Shown here: positions 37,991-47,562 of the stretch, one piece after another
How positions within the stretch are numbered: the stretch's first letter is position 1
Layout of the letters: each line of letters opens with the position of its first letter
DNA from: a virus
Virus record (IMG/VR): IMGVR_UViG_3300023212_000371
Location: 121,051-185,050 of that record
DNA length: 64,000 bases
Direction: 5' to 3' (one strand)
The notes under the pieces: model-generated
Database searches by the model: none
Told to the model about the DNA's origin: nothing
The model's input: the letters and a program-made list of their open reading frames with translations, nothing else
Program-made: the position numbers and the translations under genes

Positions 37991-38590
37991 ATGAAACAAT
38001 TTATAATAGGGTCAGACGAAGTAGGTTATGGAAGTTATGCGGGGCCGATTGTTGTCTGTGCCATCAAAGCTTCTTTCGATTGGAAAATTGAAGGACTACG
38101 AGATAGCAAAAAACTTTCTCCCAAAAAACGAGAAGTTATATGTGAAAAACTTAATGCTCTTATTGTCAATCAAGAAATCAAATTTGCTTTAGCTCAACGA
38201 GACAATCTTCATATCGATCGAGTAGGAATTGCAGTCGCTTTGAAGGAATGTTATGTGGAGTGTTTCCGTCAGCTTTATGATAAGCAGTCTTCTATTATTG
38301 TGGATGGCAATTTAAAGTTTAGTGGATTGGGAATTGATGATTACGACATCAAAAGTATAATTAAAGCAGACGATAGTGTTCCTATGGTGATGGCAGCCTC
38401 TTGTTGGGCCAAGGTATATCGTGATGCGTTATTAGTAAAACTTCATGAGCAATACCCTATCTATGATTGGAAGTCGAATAAGGGGTATGGCACTCCCAAG
38501 CACAAAGCAGCCTTAGAACAATATGGAGTCTCACCGTTTCACAGAATGAGCTACGCACCTATGAAAAATATGAAGCATGTTCAAAATTAA
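37991..38590 (+). CDS. rnhB: Ribonuclease HII
   Basis: GSDEVGYGSYAGP, DSKKLS, IVDGN, KADD, AAS..AKV.RD, NKGYGT..H. Confidence 0.92.
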   Translation: MKQFIIGSDEVGYGSYAGPIVVCAIKASFDWKIEGLRDSKKLSPKKREVICEKLNALIVNQEIKFALAQRDNLHIDRVGIAVALKECYVECFRQLYDKQSSIIVDGNLKFSGLGIDDYDIKSIIKADDSVPMVMAASCWAKVYRDALLVKLHEQYPIYDWKSNKGYGTPKHKAALEQYGVSPFHRMSYAPMKNMKHVQN

Positions 38591-38978
38591 ACAACTCAAA
38601 AATTTTACTAGTAAAGAAATCGCTCAAGTAAGCCGCCTTACTAACTATGCGGAAGATGGTGGCGGTAGTTATATGCTTCAAACTCAAATTAAAAAAAGAA
38701 AAGAGCGCCCAATTACTTGTGCAGTTCTTTATTATCGATGTGAGAAAATTATTGGCTGGGCTACTGTAGAAAAAAATTGTGGCGATGTTTTGTATTGTGT
38801 TTTTGTGGCACCCGTATATCGTCGCAAAGGAATCGGTAGTAAGTTGCTTAAAAAGGCTAAAGAAATTGCCAAAATTCGGTTTCCTTTAGCATATTCGTCA
38901 CCTATAGCGTGGCCGTGGGATGATAGGGGAAGAACTTTTTATGTTAAGACTTTCAAGGATAAAATTGAATTTTGTTAG
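38577..38978 (+). CDS. GNAT acetyltransferase
   Basis: VFVAPVYRRKGIGSKLL acetyl-CoA motif. Confidence 0.8.
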   Translation: MFKIKQLKNFTSKEIAQVSRLTNYAEDGGGSYMLQTQIKKRKERPITCAVLYYRCEKIIGWATVEKNCGDVLYCVFVAPVYRRKGIGSKLLKKAKEIAKIRFPLAYSSPIAWPWDDRGRTFYVKTFKDKIEFC

Positions 38979-38988
38979 GAAATAATAG

Positions 38989-39267
38989 ATGTTGAATAAA
39001 ATAAGAAATCGAAAGTCTATTCGCAAACCATGTCCTTGCGGCGGATTATGTGAATGTCATCTGCCTATCCAAGAAAATTGGACGCCATGGCTATTTGCTT
39101 TGATACCTTTTGCGGTGCTAATACTTGTATCTTGGTGGGTTAGTACTCTTCCATCAGCGCCACATTATATCGAAGTTAACGGACAAATGTGTCAAATCCA
39201 ATTCAAACAAACCGGAATTACTAGTACTGGCATGCCAGTAGGACACGATATAGCGGTGTGTAGATGA
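38989..39267 (+). CDS. Small membrane protein
   Basis: Single TM segment. Confidence 0.55.
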   Translation: MLNKIRNRKSIRKPCPCGGLCECHLPIQENWTPWLFALIPFAVLILVSWWVSTLPSAPHYIEVNGQMCQIQFKQTGITSTGMPVGHDIAVCR

Positions 39268-40023
39268 TTAAATGAATTTGCGTCGCTTGAGAAACTTTCT
39301 GACCGCACCATGCGTGCAATTAAGTTGGCGAGCAACCTTAACTACACCAATCTTATTGATCATTTCTAATAGTTCTTTAGGTTCTGGCCAAGAAATTTTC
39401 TTTTTAGGTCGCGGATCATATTGAATGTCGGTTAAATGAGACCATGTCCTTCCTTGTAGAATGGCATAAATAGCATTAATTTTCATATCGAAATGATCCG
39501 CTATTTCTTGACGTCTCATTCCGCTTTGCGCTAATTTGACAATCTCTAAAACCTGTTCTTCAGTTAGTTTAGCCATTTTGTGTTTTGATCCGGCATCAAA
39601 ACTACTCGAAGTGCGTATATTGGTTCCTTTTAACCATGGTATGTGTCCCGCTTTGAATTCTGTTGCTGGAGAAAAATGTTTACCCTTTCTAGCTTTTGAA
39701 AGTTTCCTTTTGGTTTCCTCAGTCATGGGCGACTTGTTTCCGCCCGTCCTGATATTATAGCCTTTGATTGGGTTTCTCGTGTCCAATAAACCAATCCAGA
39801 ATTCTTCAGCAATATCCACTTCTTTCTGAGTTTGCCATGTTTCTATTGGCGTAAAGGAGAAGTTAATGATTTGATATTTTTTGAGAGCCCGACTGACAAT
39901 CAGAGGTGGATTTTTCATCCGAGCATCGCTTTTGTGGCGTTTCCAGCGATTCTTTAAATTTTCGGTTTGTCCAACGTATCGTTTGCCGTTGAGTGTATTT
40001 CGGATGACGTAGATATAATGCAT
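39268..40023 (-). CDS. GIY-YIG homing endonuclease with NUMOD3-like and HTH modules
   Basis: YIYVIRNTLNGKRYVGQT...RW..H; GYN; EETKRKLS. Confidence 0.85.
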   Translation of the reverse strand: MHYIYVIRNTLNGKRYVGQTENLKNRWKRHKSDARMKNPPLIVSRALKKYQIINFSFTPIETWQTQKEVDIAEEFWIGLLDTRNPIKGYNIRTGGNKSPMTEETKRKLSKARKGKHFSPATEFKAGHIPWLKGTNIRTSSSFDAGSKHKMAKLTEEQVLEIVKLAQSGMRRQEIADHFDMKINAIYAILQGRTWSHLTDIQYDPRPKKKISWPEPKELLEMINKIGVVKVARQLNCTHGAVRKFLKRRKFI

Positions 40024-40060
40024 ATCTACTATATATCATTACACCAATGGTTTCAACGAA

Positions 40061-40996
40061 TTACAACTGTGTCCAGTTGTTTCCGTCCCATTGCCAAGTA
40101 TCAGACAACGGATTTGTGAGGTCATTTCCGCCCATTAAGATAACTTTACCCGATCCATTAGGATCCATACTCAACTGGGCTCCGACGCGACCTGATGGGC
40201 TATTGGTTGGGGACTTTTTAGTCCAGTTGGTTCCGTCGAATATCCAAGTTTCAGGCGGACGAAGACCGAAATTATCTCGACCCCCAAACAAAACGAAGCT
40301 TTTATTGACGGTGTCATAGGTCATAGCACATTCTGCGCGAACTGATGGAGATGTGGTTGGAGAAAGCTGTGTCCATTGATTGGTAGCATCAATTTTCCAA
40401 GTATCATTCAAGAAACTGTTGCTGTTAGATCCCCCAAACATTAAAACATAGTTTAGCTGTCCGCCACCGGAAATGCCGCCCGCTATCATATGGTTGATGC
40501 GAACTGATGGTGATGTAGTTGGAGAAAGTTGTGTCCAAACAGATCCGTTCCAATTCCAAGTATCATTCAAGAAATTGAGTATATTGCTTCCACCGAACAT
40601 AATGGTTCCAGTAGCGGGGCTGTATGCCAATTCATGTTTGAAGCGTCCGAAAGGCGAACCAGAGAAAGCGCCACCCACTCTTGACCAAACGGATCCGTTC
40701 CAAGTCCATGTATCCGATAAAACTCCTGCAGTTTCACTTTGTCCCCGACCTCCAAACAAAACAATGTTAGTGCCGTCAAAAGACATACCGAAATCGAGAC
40801 GAAGCGGAAGAGGCCCGTTAGGATCGATTTGAGAAGTTGAGACTTGTGTCCAATCAGTTCCAGACCATGTGTAGGTCATATTCAAATAGTTAGCTTCACC
40901 CGGATAATTACCGGTATTCAATAACATAACTATACCGGTTTGACCTTTGTTGGTCATCGAAGAGTGGCTACATGCTAGTGGGCTATGTGCGGGCAT
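40061..40996 (-). CDS. Kelch/galactose-oxidase-type beta-propeller protein
   Basis: Repeated FGG...DTW.WNG..W units; similar to 34338-35363. Confidence 0.8.
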   Translation of the reverse strand: MPAHSPLACSHSSMTNKGQTGIVMLLNTGNYPGEANYLNMTYTWSGTDWTQVSTSQIDPNGPLPLRLDFGMSFDGTNIVLFGGRGQSETAGVLSDTWTWNGSVWSRVGGAFSGSPFGRFKHELAYSPATGTIMFGGSNILNFLNDTWNWNGSVWTQLSPTTSPSVRINHMIAGGISGGGQLNYVLMFGGSNSNSFLNDTWKIDATNQWTQLSPTTSPSVRAECAMTYDTVNKSFVLFGGRDNFGLRPPETWIFDGTNWTKKSPTNSPSGRVGAQLSMDPNGSGKVILMGGNDLTNPLSDTWQWDGNNWTQL

Positions 40997-41099
40997 TGAG
41001 TTTCTCCAAAAAAAGTGGGGACTATCGTAATCCTATACTTAATAATTGATAGATTTTAGATAGCTAAAATTAGGGATAAGATGATATTTTACAAAGTGC

Positions 41100-41175
41100 G
41101 CGTCAGTAGTTCAATTGGTAGAATATCGCGCTTCCAACGCGAGGGTTGTGGGATCGTGCCCCACTTGACGCTCCA
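41100..41175 (+). tRNA. tRNA-Gly(TCC)
   Basis: GCGTCAG/TTGACGC acceptor, T discriminator, CCA; TCGCG-CTTCCAA-CGCGA. Confidence 0.85.
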
Positions 41176-41180
41176 ATTCA

Positions 41181-41248
41181 GCGAGCATAATTCAGGAGTA
41201 GAATCCCGGTGACGGATAACGTTGGTGCAAATCCAACTGCTCGCTCTA
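41181..41248 (+). ncRNA. tRNA-like element with collapsed anticodon arm
   Basis: Perfect acceptor (GCGAGCA/TGCTCGC), D and T stems, but only 16 nt between D and T stems (CCG-GTGA-CGG). Confidence 0.65.
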
Positions 41249-41251
41249 ATG

Positions 41252-41974
41252 TTACCTTCGATACCACTCGCTTTTGACTTCTGCTTTTTTCTCTGGGCTA
41301 ACTTTCCATCCAAATATTTGCTGAATATTACCTGATTGACGAACAATCATGTATCCGCCCGGTGTCATACTGAATGGAACACTTAGCAATTGCAAGTAAT
41401 CAAACGGAGCGTCCGTGGCTTGGGCTTGCGGATTAAACCATGTTGGCAAAACGAAGTTAGAAACTAATACCAGAGTGCCGTCACCTAAATCAATAGTATA
41501 GGAATTTGCTTCCACTGGATCGCACAATTCCAGCGCGTATTCAGTGTAAGTTTGCCCATCAGCAGCTACCACTCCTGGCCCGTCTGCCCAAAAGTTAACA
41601 TAATAATCGCCAACCATTTCGCATATTTCGTGGCTCAATACAGACGAAACGCTGATGTTTTGTGGGTTAGTAGAATCATAGAGAACAACTCCTCCATTAT
41701 CTAAAACTGGTTGAGCAAAAATGAAGCCATCTACCACATCATTATCTTCGGAATGATATCCTAATGCTCCCGCTTGAGTAGTATTGTCTAAGATGCTAAC
41801 AATCCATGCGCCCGCTGGAATCAAAGTTTGATCTGCGTAAAATGTAATGGTGCCAGATTGTTGATTCCACGCCGGAAGCACATGCGAAGTAAGTTGAATT
41901 TGCACCGCTTGACACATAGAGTTTGCTTGATCATCGGAAATTAAAGTTGATTGGTTGATAACAGCGATAAGCAT
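41252..41974 (-). CDS. Hypothetical protein, possible metal-binding hydrolase
   Basis: LGYH...SHEICEM...ELCDPVE. Confidence 0.6.
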   Translation of the reverse strand: MLIAVINQSTLISDDQANSMCQAVQIQLTSHVLPAWNQQSGTITFYADQTLIPAGAWIVSILDNTTQAGALGYHSEDNDVVDGFIFAQPVLDNGGVVLYDSTNPQNISVSSVLSHEICEMVGDYYVNFWADGPGVVAADGQTYTEYALELCDPVEANSYTIDLGDGTLVLVSNFVLPTWFNPQAQATDAPFDYLQLLSVPFSMTPGGYMIVRQSGNIQQIFGWKVSPEKKAEVKSEWYRR

Positions 41975-42020
41975 ATTTGTCTCCTATTCTCGTTGAATAT
42001 AAAAAAATATGCGCAGGCTC

Positions 42021-42049
42021 TTGACAATTTTTATATTGAAGGTTAGTTT
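42021..42049 (+). promoter_or_regulatory. Sigma70-like promoter upstream of tsf
   Basis: TTGACA-17 nt-TAGTTT. Confidence 0.55.
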
Positions 42050-42052
42050 GAA

Positions 42053-42943
42053 GTGAGAAAAATCATGAATAATTCCGATCTGATTAGAAAATTAAGATAT
42101 TTGACAGCTGCGGGGATGAAGGATTGTGCCGATGCTTTAAAAGAAGCAGATGATAATCTTCAAAAAGCCATCGATATTCTCAAAATTAAAGGGAAAAATA
42201 TCGCCTCTGAACGAGAAGATAAGGCGGCGTCTGAAGGAAAAATTAAAGTTTTATCAAAAGATGATACTTTAATCGTTATGGTAGAATGCAATTGTCAAAC
42301 TGATTTCACCGCTCGAAGTCCCGAATTTGATGGTTTTGTTACATATGTTGCTCGGAAATTATTCGAGAGAATTGAAAAGAATGAAGTTTTTACCGTGGAA
42401 GATGTGGAAGAAAGACGACAAGAATTAATAATATCTACCAAAGAAAATATTGTGGTGCGTCGGTGGTGGACAGAACAAGCCTTTGCCGATAATGCTGGTG
42501 TTTTCCGTTATGTTCATAATAATGGAAAAATTGGCGTTCTTTTAACTTTGTTAGCTCCTTCGGAAACAGTAGAGAATAGCAAAGAATTTGAGCATCTAGG
42601 AGATGATTTGGCCATGCAGATAGCGGGCATGAATCCATTGGTGATTTCTCGTGACCATTTAGAGCCAGCAACCGTGGAACGACAAAAGGATATTTTTGAA
42701 AGCCAACTAATGGAGATGAAAAAGCCGCCAGCTGCTTGGGCTAAGATTATTGATGGAAAAATGAATAAATGGTATTCTGAAGTCTGTTTGTTGGATCAAG
42801 AAAGCGTTGTGACTTCAAAAACCTCAATTCAACAAGTTATAGATAAAGTAAATAAAGATATTAAAGTTGTTAATTTCATCCGCGCAGTTGTCGGGGAAGA
42901 AATTGATCAAAAAGAAAGCAACTTATCAAACGAAGTTGCTTAA
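42053..42943 (+). CDS. tsf: Translation elongation factor Ts
   Basis: IRKLRYLTAAGMKDC..AL, ASEG, VECNCQTDFTAR, YVHNNGKIGVL, LAMQIAGMNP, EVCLLDQ; start probably ATG 42065. Confidence 0.95.
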   Translation: MRKIMNNSDLIRKLRYLTAAGMKDCADALKEADDNLQKAIDILKIKGKNIASEREDKAASEGKIKVLSKDDTLIVMVECNCQTDFTARSPEFDGFVTYVARKLFERIEKNEVFTVEDVEERRQELIISTKENIVVRRWWTEQAFADNAGVFRYVHNNGKIGVLLTLLAPSETVENSKEFEHLGDDLAMQIAGMNPLVISRDHLEPATVERQKDIFESQLMEMKKPPAAWAKIIDGKMNKWYSEVCLLDQESVVTSKTSIQQVIDKVNKDIKVVNFIRAVVGEEIDQKESNLSNEVA

Positions 42944-42948
42944 ACGTT

Positions 42949-43251
42949 ATGAAAGGAAAAAATAAAATGAATACTGAACAATTAATTAATAAACTTACCA
43001 AAGCTATTTCCTTCCAATTTAAGGAAGATAAAACGGCGCCCGGACTTACCATTGCAGCTCTTAAAAAGGGATATTATTGTAGTGTGGTGCGCTATAATGG
43101 AGCCTTTGCCAAGGATAAGATTGTCTTTTGCCATGCCAAAGGAAAGACCATGGATGAGGCGCTCAAAGTGGTAGCCGCCCAATTTTTGAAATCTTCGGTG
43201 AAAAAGAATCCTGTTAAAGAATTAAACGATTTGGTCAAGACATCCAAGTAA
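42949..43251 (+). CDS. Hypothetical protein
   Basis: ORF. Confidence 0.55.
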   Translation: MKGKNKMNTEQLINKLTKAISFQFKEDKTAPGLTIAALKKGYYCSVVRYNGAFAKDKIVFCHAKGKTMDEALKVVAAQFLKSSVKKNPVKELNDLVKTSK

Positions 43252-43267
43252 TCTTATTTTCATAAAA

Positions 43268-43600
43268 ATGTTTAAATTCTTTGAATGGAAATATCTAGGT
43301 TATGATCCAAAAACAGATCAGTATCGATCCGAAATCACTATCGTGGATGATGATTTTACCGAAACCCTCGTCGCCGCCTCCCCAATCGGCGGCGAAGCCG
43401 TTGTTCCACCCGCCACCACCGCCTTAATCGATATTTATTCTCGAAGAAATCTCAATGTGGCTGGTAATCTCGTGTTGTTGATGCAAGATATAGAAAGTAA
43501 ATGGCTAGACATTAAACTACAAATCGAATATTATCAAAAATATATTCCTGAATATTCAAAATATCACGATCAAGTAATGGGTTATCTAATATTCACATGA
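43268..43600 (+). CDS. ~110-aa multicopy family protein, copy 6
   Basis: Family motifs; most C-rich variable segment (43364-43423). Confidence 0.8.
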   Translation: MFKFFEWKYLGYDPKTDQYRSEITIVDDDFTETLVAASPIGGEAVVPPATTALIDIYSRRNLNVAGNLVLLMQDIESKWLDIKLQIEYYQKYIPEYSKYHDQVMGYLIFT

Positions 43601-44112
43601 GTCTGCAAGATAAAAAACGCCTCAAGCGGATTAAAAATGACGTCATTGAGCGAGATGGAATGATTTGTTGCTACTGCGATACTGTATTGACACTCGAAAC
43701 ATTAACACTTGATCATATCGTTCCTGATAGCAAACGAGGAACTTTCAATTCCACTAATTTGACAGTTTCTTGTAAAACCTGCAATAATAATCGCGGGAAC
43801 AAGCCATTCTTTGAATATTGTAAAAAATTCAAATTTTCCGAAGATAAAATTAATAAGTATAAGCGACTGTATTTTAATAACCTTAAAATCAAAGTATTGA
43901 ATATTGCTAAGGAAGAATGTTTAAAGAGTGATTGTGCCATTCCTAAAAAATTGATTAATAAAGCTTGCCAGATTTTGAAAATCAAACCTATCTCGTTTGC
44001 AAATTATGAGAAGGAATACCCATTGAATATTGATTTTTCCACTTCATGTCGGAGACGGGAAATTAAATTTTGTTTTGAGCAATTAATAAGGATTATAGAA
44101 GTGGATACGTAG
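43597..44112 (+). CDS. HNH endonuclease (McrA-like)
   Basis: CCYC...TLDHIVPDSKRG...NLTVSCKTCNNNRG. Confidence 0.85.
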   Translation: MSLQDKKRLKRIKNDVIERDGMICCYCDTVLTLETLTLDHIVPDSKRGTFNSTNLTVSCKTCNNNRGNKPFFEYCKKFKFSEDKINKYKRLYFNNLKIKVLNIAKEECLKSDCAIPKKLINKACQILKIKPISFANYEKEYPLNIDFSTSCRRREIKFCFEQLIRIIEVDT

Positions 44113-44120
44113 GAGAGAAA

Positions 44121-44664
44121 ATGGATATTAAACCTTTAAGAGATCATGTTGTCGTAGTGAACTACCTTTGCCTAAGGGCAAAAGCTTCGCGTTTCATTGA
44201 CCTAATACTACTAGCGCCTCACCGCGTTTTTGTTTAATGTCCGACTATATTCCGTAACCAGACAGGTTTTCATTACGCTATTATGACTTGGTTTTCGTCA
44301 ATCTTAGCTTAATGTTATATATCACCATATGCGTACTTTTGTTAAAATATTTTTGAGAAAACGCATTCATCTCTCGCCTAAAGGCGAGAGTCTTCTGCTA
44401 TCAATCATGATAAAAGATGCTGCCCCCGATAAAATAGCGGGAGGATTATTATATAAGCCCGATATTGTGGAGGAAGAATTTATTACCGGAACTGTGGTGG
44501 CTATTGGTTCTGGTAAAATTGCTGCAGACGGTTCTACCGTTCATTTGGAAATATCCATTGGTGACAAGATTGTTTTCAATAGACATGCACCAGTTAAATT
44601 GAAAATCAAAGATCAAGACTATTTAGTTCTGCGCGAAGATCAGGTATTGTGCATTTTGCCATGA
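44121..44664 (+). pseudogene. groES: Co-chaperonin GroES split by a 250-bp element
   Basis: 44121-44156 MDIKPLRDHVVV joined to 44407-44664 MIKDAAPDKIAGGLLY...GTVVAIGSGK...LREDQVL gives a 97-aa GroES; AGGAG RBS upstream. Confidence 0.88.
44157..44406 (-). mobile_element. ORF-less IS200/IS605 element (TnpB-type guide-RNA cassette), 250 bp
   Basis: Minus strand ends ...TCAATGAAACGCGAAGCTTTTGCCCTTAGGCAAAGGTAGTTCAC; other end hairpin CTCTCGCCTAAAGGCGAGAG; minus-strand TTAACA-18-TATATA (44345-44316). Confidence 0.85.
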
Positions 44665-44676
44665 TATAGTTAAGTA

Positions 44677-45627
44677 ATGGAGTTTAGTATGGATTATACA
44701 TTAGATGTTGTTAGTTCTCATCCTGAGCATCAGGGTAAGACCTTTCGCAAATACATAGTAGAGGGTATTGAAACTGTGGGAGTCGCCTATGATGAAAAAT
44801 TTGAAATTCGTTTTACCAATCATACTTGGCAAAAAGTGCAAGTTAAGATCACTTTGGATGGAATCGATGTTTTAACAGGAGAGTTAGCTACTATTGAGCC
44901 TACCAAGGATATGTGGGTGGTGCAACCTTATGGAATTTTATCGATTAAAGCTTGGCCGGAAACAGATCAAGGCGGGGCAGGTTTTGTTTTTACTCATGCC
45001 GGTAATAGTGTCGCCGTTCATACTCAAAGCGATTTGACGCATCGAGGAATTATTGCAGCTGCGGTTTATGTAGAAGGACATATGGAACCGTTGAAGTTGA
45101 ACCCTTGGGTACCCTTGGGTACTTCGCCTTATGTGTTGTATACTGGGAATAAAATTACTTGGGTTGTTCCTAACACTTGGGTTGTTCCTAACACTTGGAC
45201 ATATTCTAACACTTCGACGTATCCTAACACTTTTACTATTCAAGCGCAAAATGCTGCAAGTCTTGCATTTGGTGGTTATGGTGGTGGGGGCAATTGTTCT
45301 GCCTCTTTTTCTTGCACTGCGAATGTTCCCAATCCAACTAGCACGCAGGATCAACAAAGCTTACCAGCGGTAGGTGCTGGACAATACACTGCGCAACAAA
45401 TTACTTATTCTGCTGGATTAGTCAAACCAATGTTTTCTCAGATTATTCGAGTGAGATACCTTTGGTGGTCAGATTTGGCTAACAAGCTGGTTAATCCAAC
45501 GGCAACCTCATCGCATCCATCAGGATTTCCTTCGGATACCAACGAACGAATTAATCTTGGAGCTACTCCTATAATTGGTGAGTCTGATATGGTTACACTT
45601 TATTCTCAACCTTTTACTCGTTTTTGA
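44677..45627 (+). CDS. Hypothetical protein with internal tandem repeats
   Basis: Long ORF. Confidence 0.65.
   Translation: MEFSMDYTLDVVSSHPEHQGKTFRKYIVEGIETVGVAYDEKFEIRFTNHTWQKVQVKITLDGIDVLTGELATIEPTKDMWVVQPYGILSIKAWPETDQGGAGFVFTHAGNSVAVHTQSDLTHRGIIAAAVYVEGHMEPLKLNPWVPLGTSPYVLYTGNKITWVVPNTWVVPNTWTYSNTSTYPNTFTIQAQNAASLAFGGYGGGGNCSASFSCTANVPNPTSTQDQQSLPAVGAGQYTAQQITYSAGLVKPMFSQIIRVRYLWWSDLANKLVNPTATSSHPSGFPSDTNERINLGATPIIGESDMVTLYSQPFTRF
45157..45228 (+). repeat. Four 18-bp tandem units (TWVVPN x2, TWTYSN, TSTYPN)
   Basis: ACTTGGGTTGTTCCTAAC twice plus two diverged units. Confidence 0.8.
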
Positions 45628-45655
45628 TTAATTATTTAACAAAGGAATTTTATTT

Positions 45656-45910
45656 ATGAAAAACTCAGCCACCCAAGCCAAGTTTCCATTCGAAGAAGTA
45701 GATCATGTTTTCGGAGCCCTTTTCACCGCATTTCATGTAGAAGAAAGAGAAGACCCGCACTCCCAGTTTCTGGCGCTTTGGGTGCTTTTCTTGCAATGTG
45801 CAGGATGGACAGAAGATGAATATTGGGCAGCGGTAGATGAATTGAACGACGAAGAAGCATTAGATGACGAAGAGACATTAGAGACAAACGATAAATCAAA
45901 ACAGAATTAA
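45656..45910 (+). CDS. Acidic hypothetical protein
   Basis: ORF with AAGGA RBS. Confidence 0.6.
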   Translation: MKNSATQAKFPFEEVDHVFGALFTAFHVEEREDPHSQFLALWVLFLQCAGWTEDEYWAAVDELNDEEALDDEETLETNDKSKQN

Positions 45911-45923
45911 ACACAATAGAACG

Positions 45924-46217
45924 ATGCCAATGATGCCAGAAAAGACTATAGTTTATCTTGTGATAGAAGAAGATCATGATCATATTGATGGTCATTGCCA
46001 TCATGAAATTATTGGCGGCTTTTTTACTCAGGAAGAGGCGCTGGCGAAATGTGCTGAGATGGAGCAAAAACAAAAAGCACGACATGCTTTGACTAATAAA
46101 TTAAGGCAAGCTAAGAATAGTTTTGATGAAGAAACGAATCGTTTTTTCCTGTGCCAACTGAAGAGCGAACAGATTGTTATTTCAATTTTGCCACTCAATC
46201 TTGTCAATAACCCATGA
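45924..46217 (+). CDS. Hypothetical protein; last codons supplied by the IsrB element end
   Basis: Empty site would read ...PLNL-M-I-stop. Confidence 0.55.
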   Translation: MPMMPEKTIVYLVIEEDHDHIDGHCHHEIIGGFFTQEEALAKCAEMEQKQKARHALTNKLRQAKNSFDEETNRFFLCQLKSEQIVISILPLNLVNNP

Positions 46218-46520
46218 CTAAAGTCATGGGCTTGTGCGAAGGATCCTAGTCAGATTCTTTTGATCAAGACTAAAATATTGTACTAGACAAAGAGAGAAGA
46301 AAGGTTATTTAACCAAACAATATTTCAAATAGGCAAATCAGGATCGTTATGACGAGACTGGAAAAGATATGCTACTGGATGTTTCGCTAGTCTGTAGCCG
46401 CATTTCCGCAAGGAGATGCCAATACCTTATCGATAATTGTAAGGTATTCGCTGTGTTTTGCTTATGTCGAAGCGAGTTGAACAAGGCACGTAAGTGCAAT
46501 TTTTGAGGAAATAATAGAAA
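46203..46520 (+). ncRNA. omegaRNA (HEARO-like) scaffold; guide would be the flank 5' of 46203
   Basis: GTCAATAACCC hairpin, TTGATCAAGACTAA, GGATGTTTCGCTAGTC, GTCGAAGCGAG blocks; 3' boundary approximate. Confidence 0.7.
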
Positions 46521-47562
46521 TTGGTTCCCGTTATCGATAACCACAAACAACCATTAATGCCTTGCTCTGAAAAGAGAGCACGGAGACTTATGGAGAAAGG
46601 CAGCGCTATCTCATATTGGCAGAAAGGTATCTTCTGTGTCCGTCTAACCAGAGAACCTTTTAACCGAAAGACACAACCCATTGCTCTTGGCATTGATCCA
46701 GGAAGTAAAAGAGAAGGATATACTATTGCTACTAGAAAGGCAGTAGTTCTCAATATCACAACTAATACTACAGATTGGGTCAAAGATCATATTGATACTC
46801 GAAGACAACTACGAAGAACAAGAAGAACTCGTAAAACCCCCTATCGTTCTTGTCGAGAAAATAGAGCTACTTTGAGGAAAGATCGAGTTCCTCCTTCCAC
46901 CAAAGCTAGGTGGAATGCTAAATTGCGAATGGTTAAATTTCTTCTGAAAATTATTCCTATTACCATTATCAATGTAGAAGATATTGCCGCTGCCACTAAG
47001 AAAGGGCAGGCAAAGTGGAATCTTTCTTTCTCTCCTTTAGAAGTGGGAAAGGTTTGGTTCTATCAAGAAATAGAAAACCTTGGAGTTCAGCTTCTCAAAA
47101 CCCAAGGACATCAAACTCAAGAAAAACGAGATCAACGAGGCTTTCAAAAATCATATTCCAAGCTTAATTATTCTTGGAATGCTCATAACGTAGATAGCCA
47201 TGTTCTTGCGGAGATAGCGATGGAAACAGAAATCCTTCCATATTATGGATTGTGGAAAGTGGAGTTTTTAGAGTTTCATCGAAGACAACTTCATGTTCAG
47301 AATCCAATCAAGAATAATGTTAGAAAACAATATGGCACAACTATTTCTATAGGAATGTCAAGAGGATCTGTTGTAAGATATAAAAACAAGTTTTATTATC
47401 TTGGTGGAAGTAGCAAAGGTAAAGTTTCAATTCATAGTATTATTACAGGAAAAAGAGTTAAACAATCCGTCAAAAAGAGAGATATTGACGTCTTATATAC
47501 ACAGAATAGGAGAGTTCAATTCCTCCCACGATTAAAATCGTGGGTCTTCTTGAACCATTTTC
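46203..47562 (+). mobile_element. IS200/IS605 IsrB (OMEGA) element
   Basis: Left hairpin at 46203, omegaRNA-like leader, RRXRR ORF, right hairpin 47517-47562, ATGA at 47563. Confidence 0.88.

Noticed and set aside
44138-44148. AAGAGATCATG inside the groES 5' part as another IS end remnant
   Set aside because: No hairpin precedes it and it encodes the expected GroES residues (L-R-D-H); probably coincidence.
44157-44406. Group I intron / IStron splicing out of groES mRNA
   Set aside because: The only intron-like motif (AATATAGTCGG) is on the strand opposite groES, no P3-P7 core is evident, and the sequence fits a tnpB 3' tail.
44329-44664. Treating the 111-aa ORF as the complete groES
   Set aside because: Its first 26 residues derive from the inserted element; the true N-terminus and RBS are at 44111-44156.
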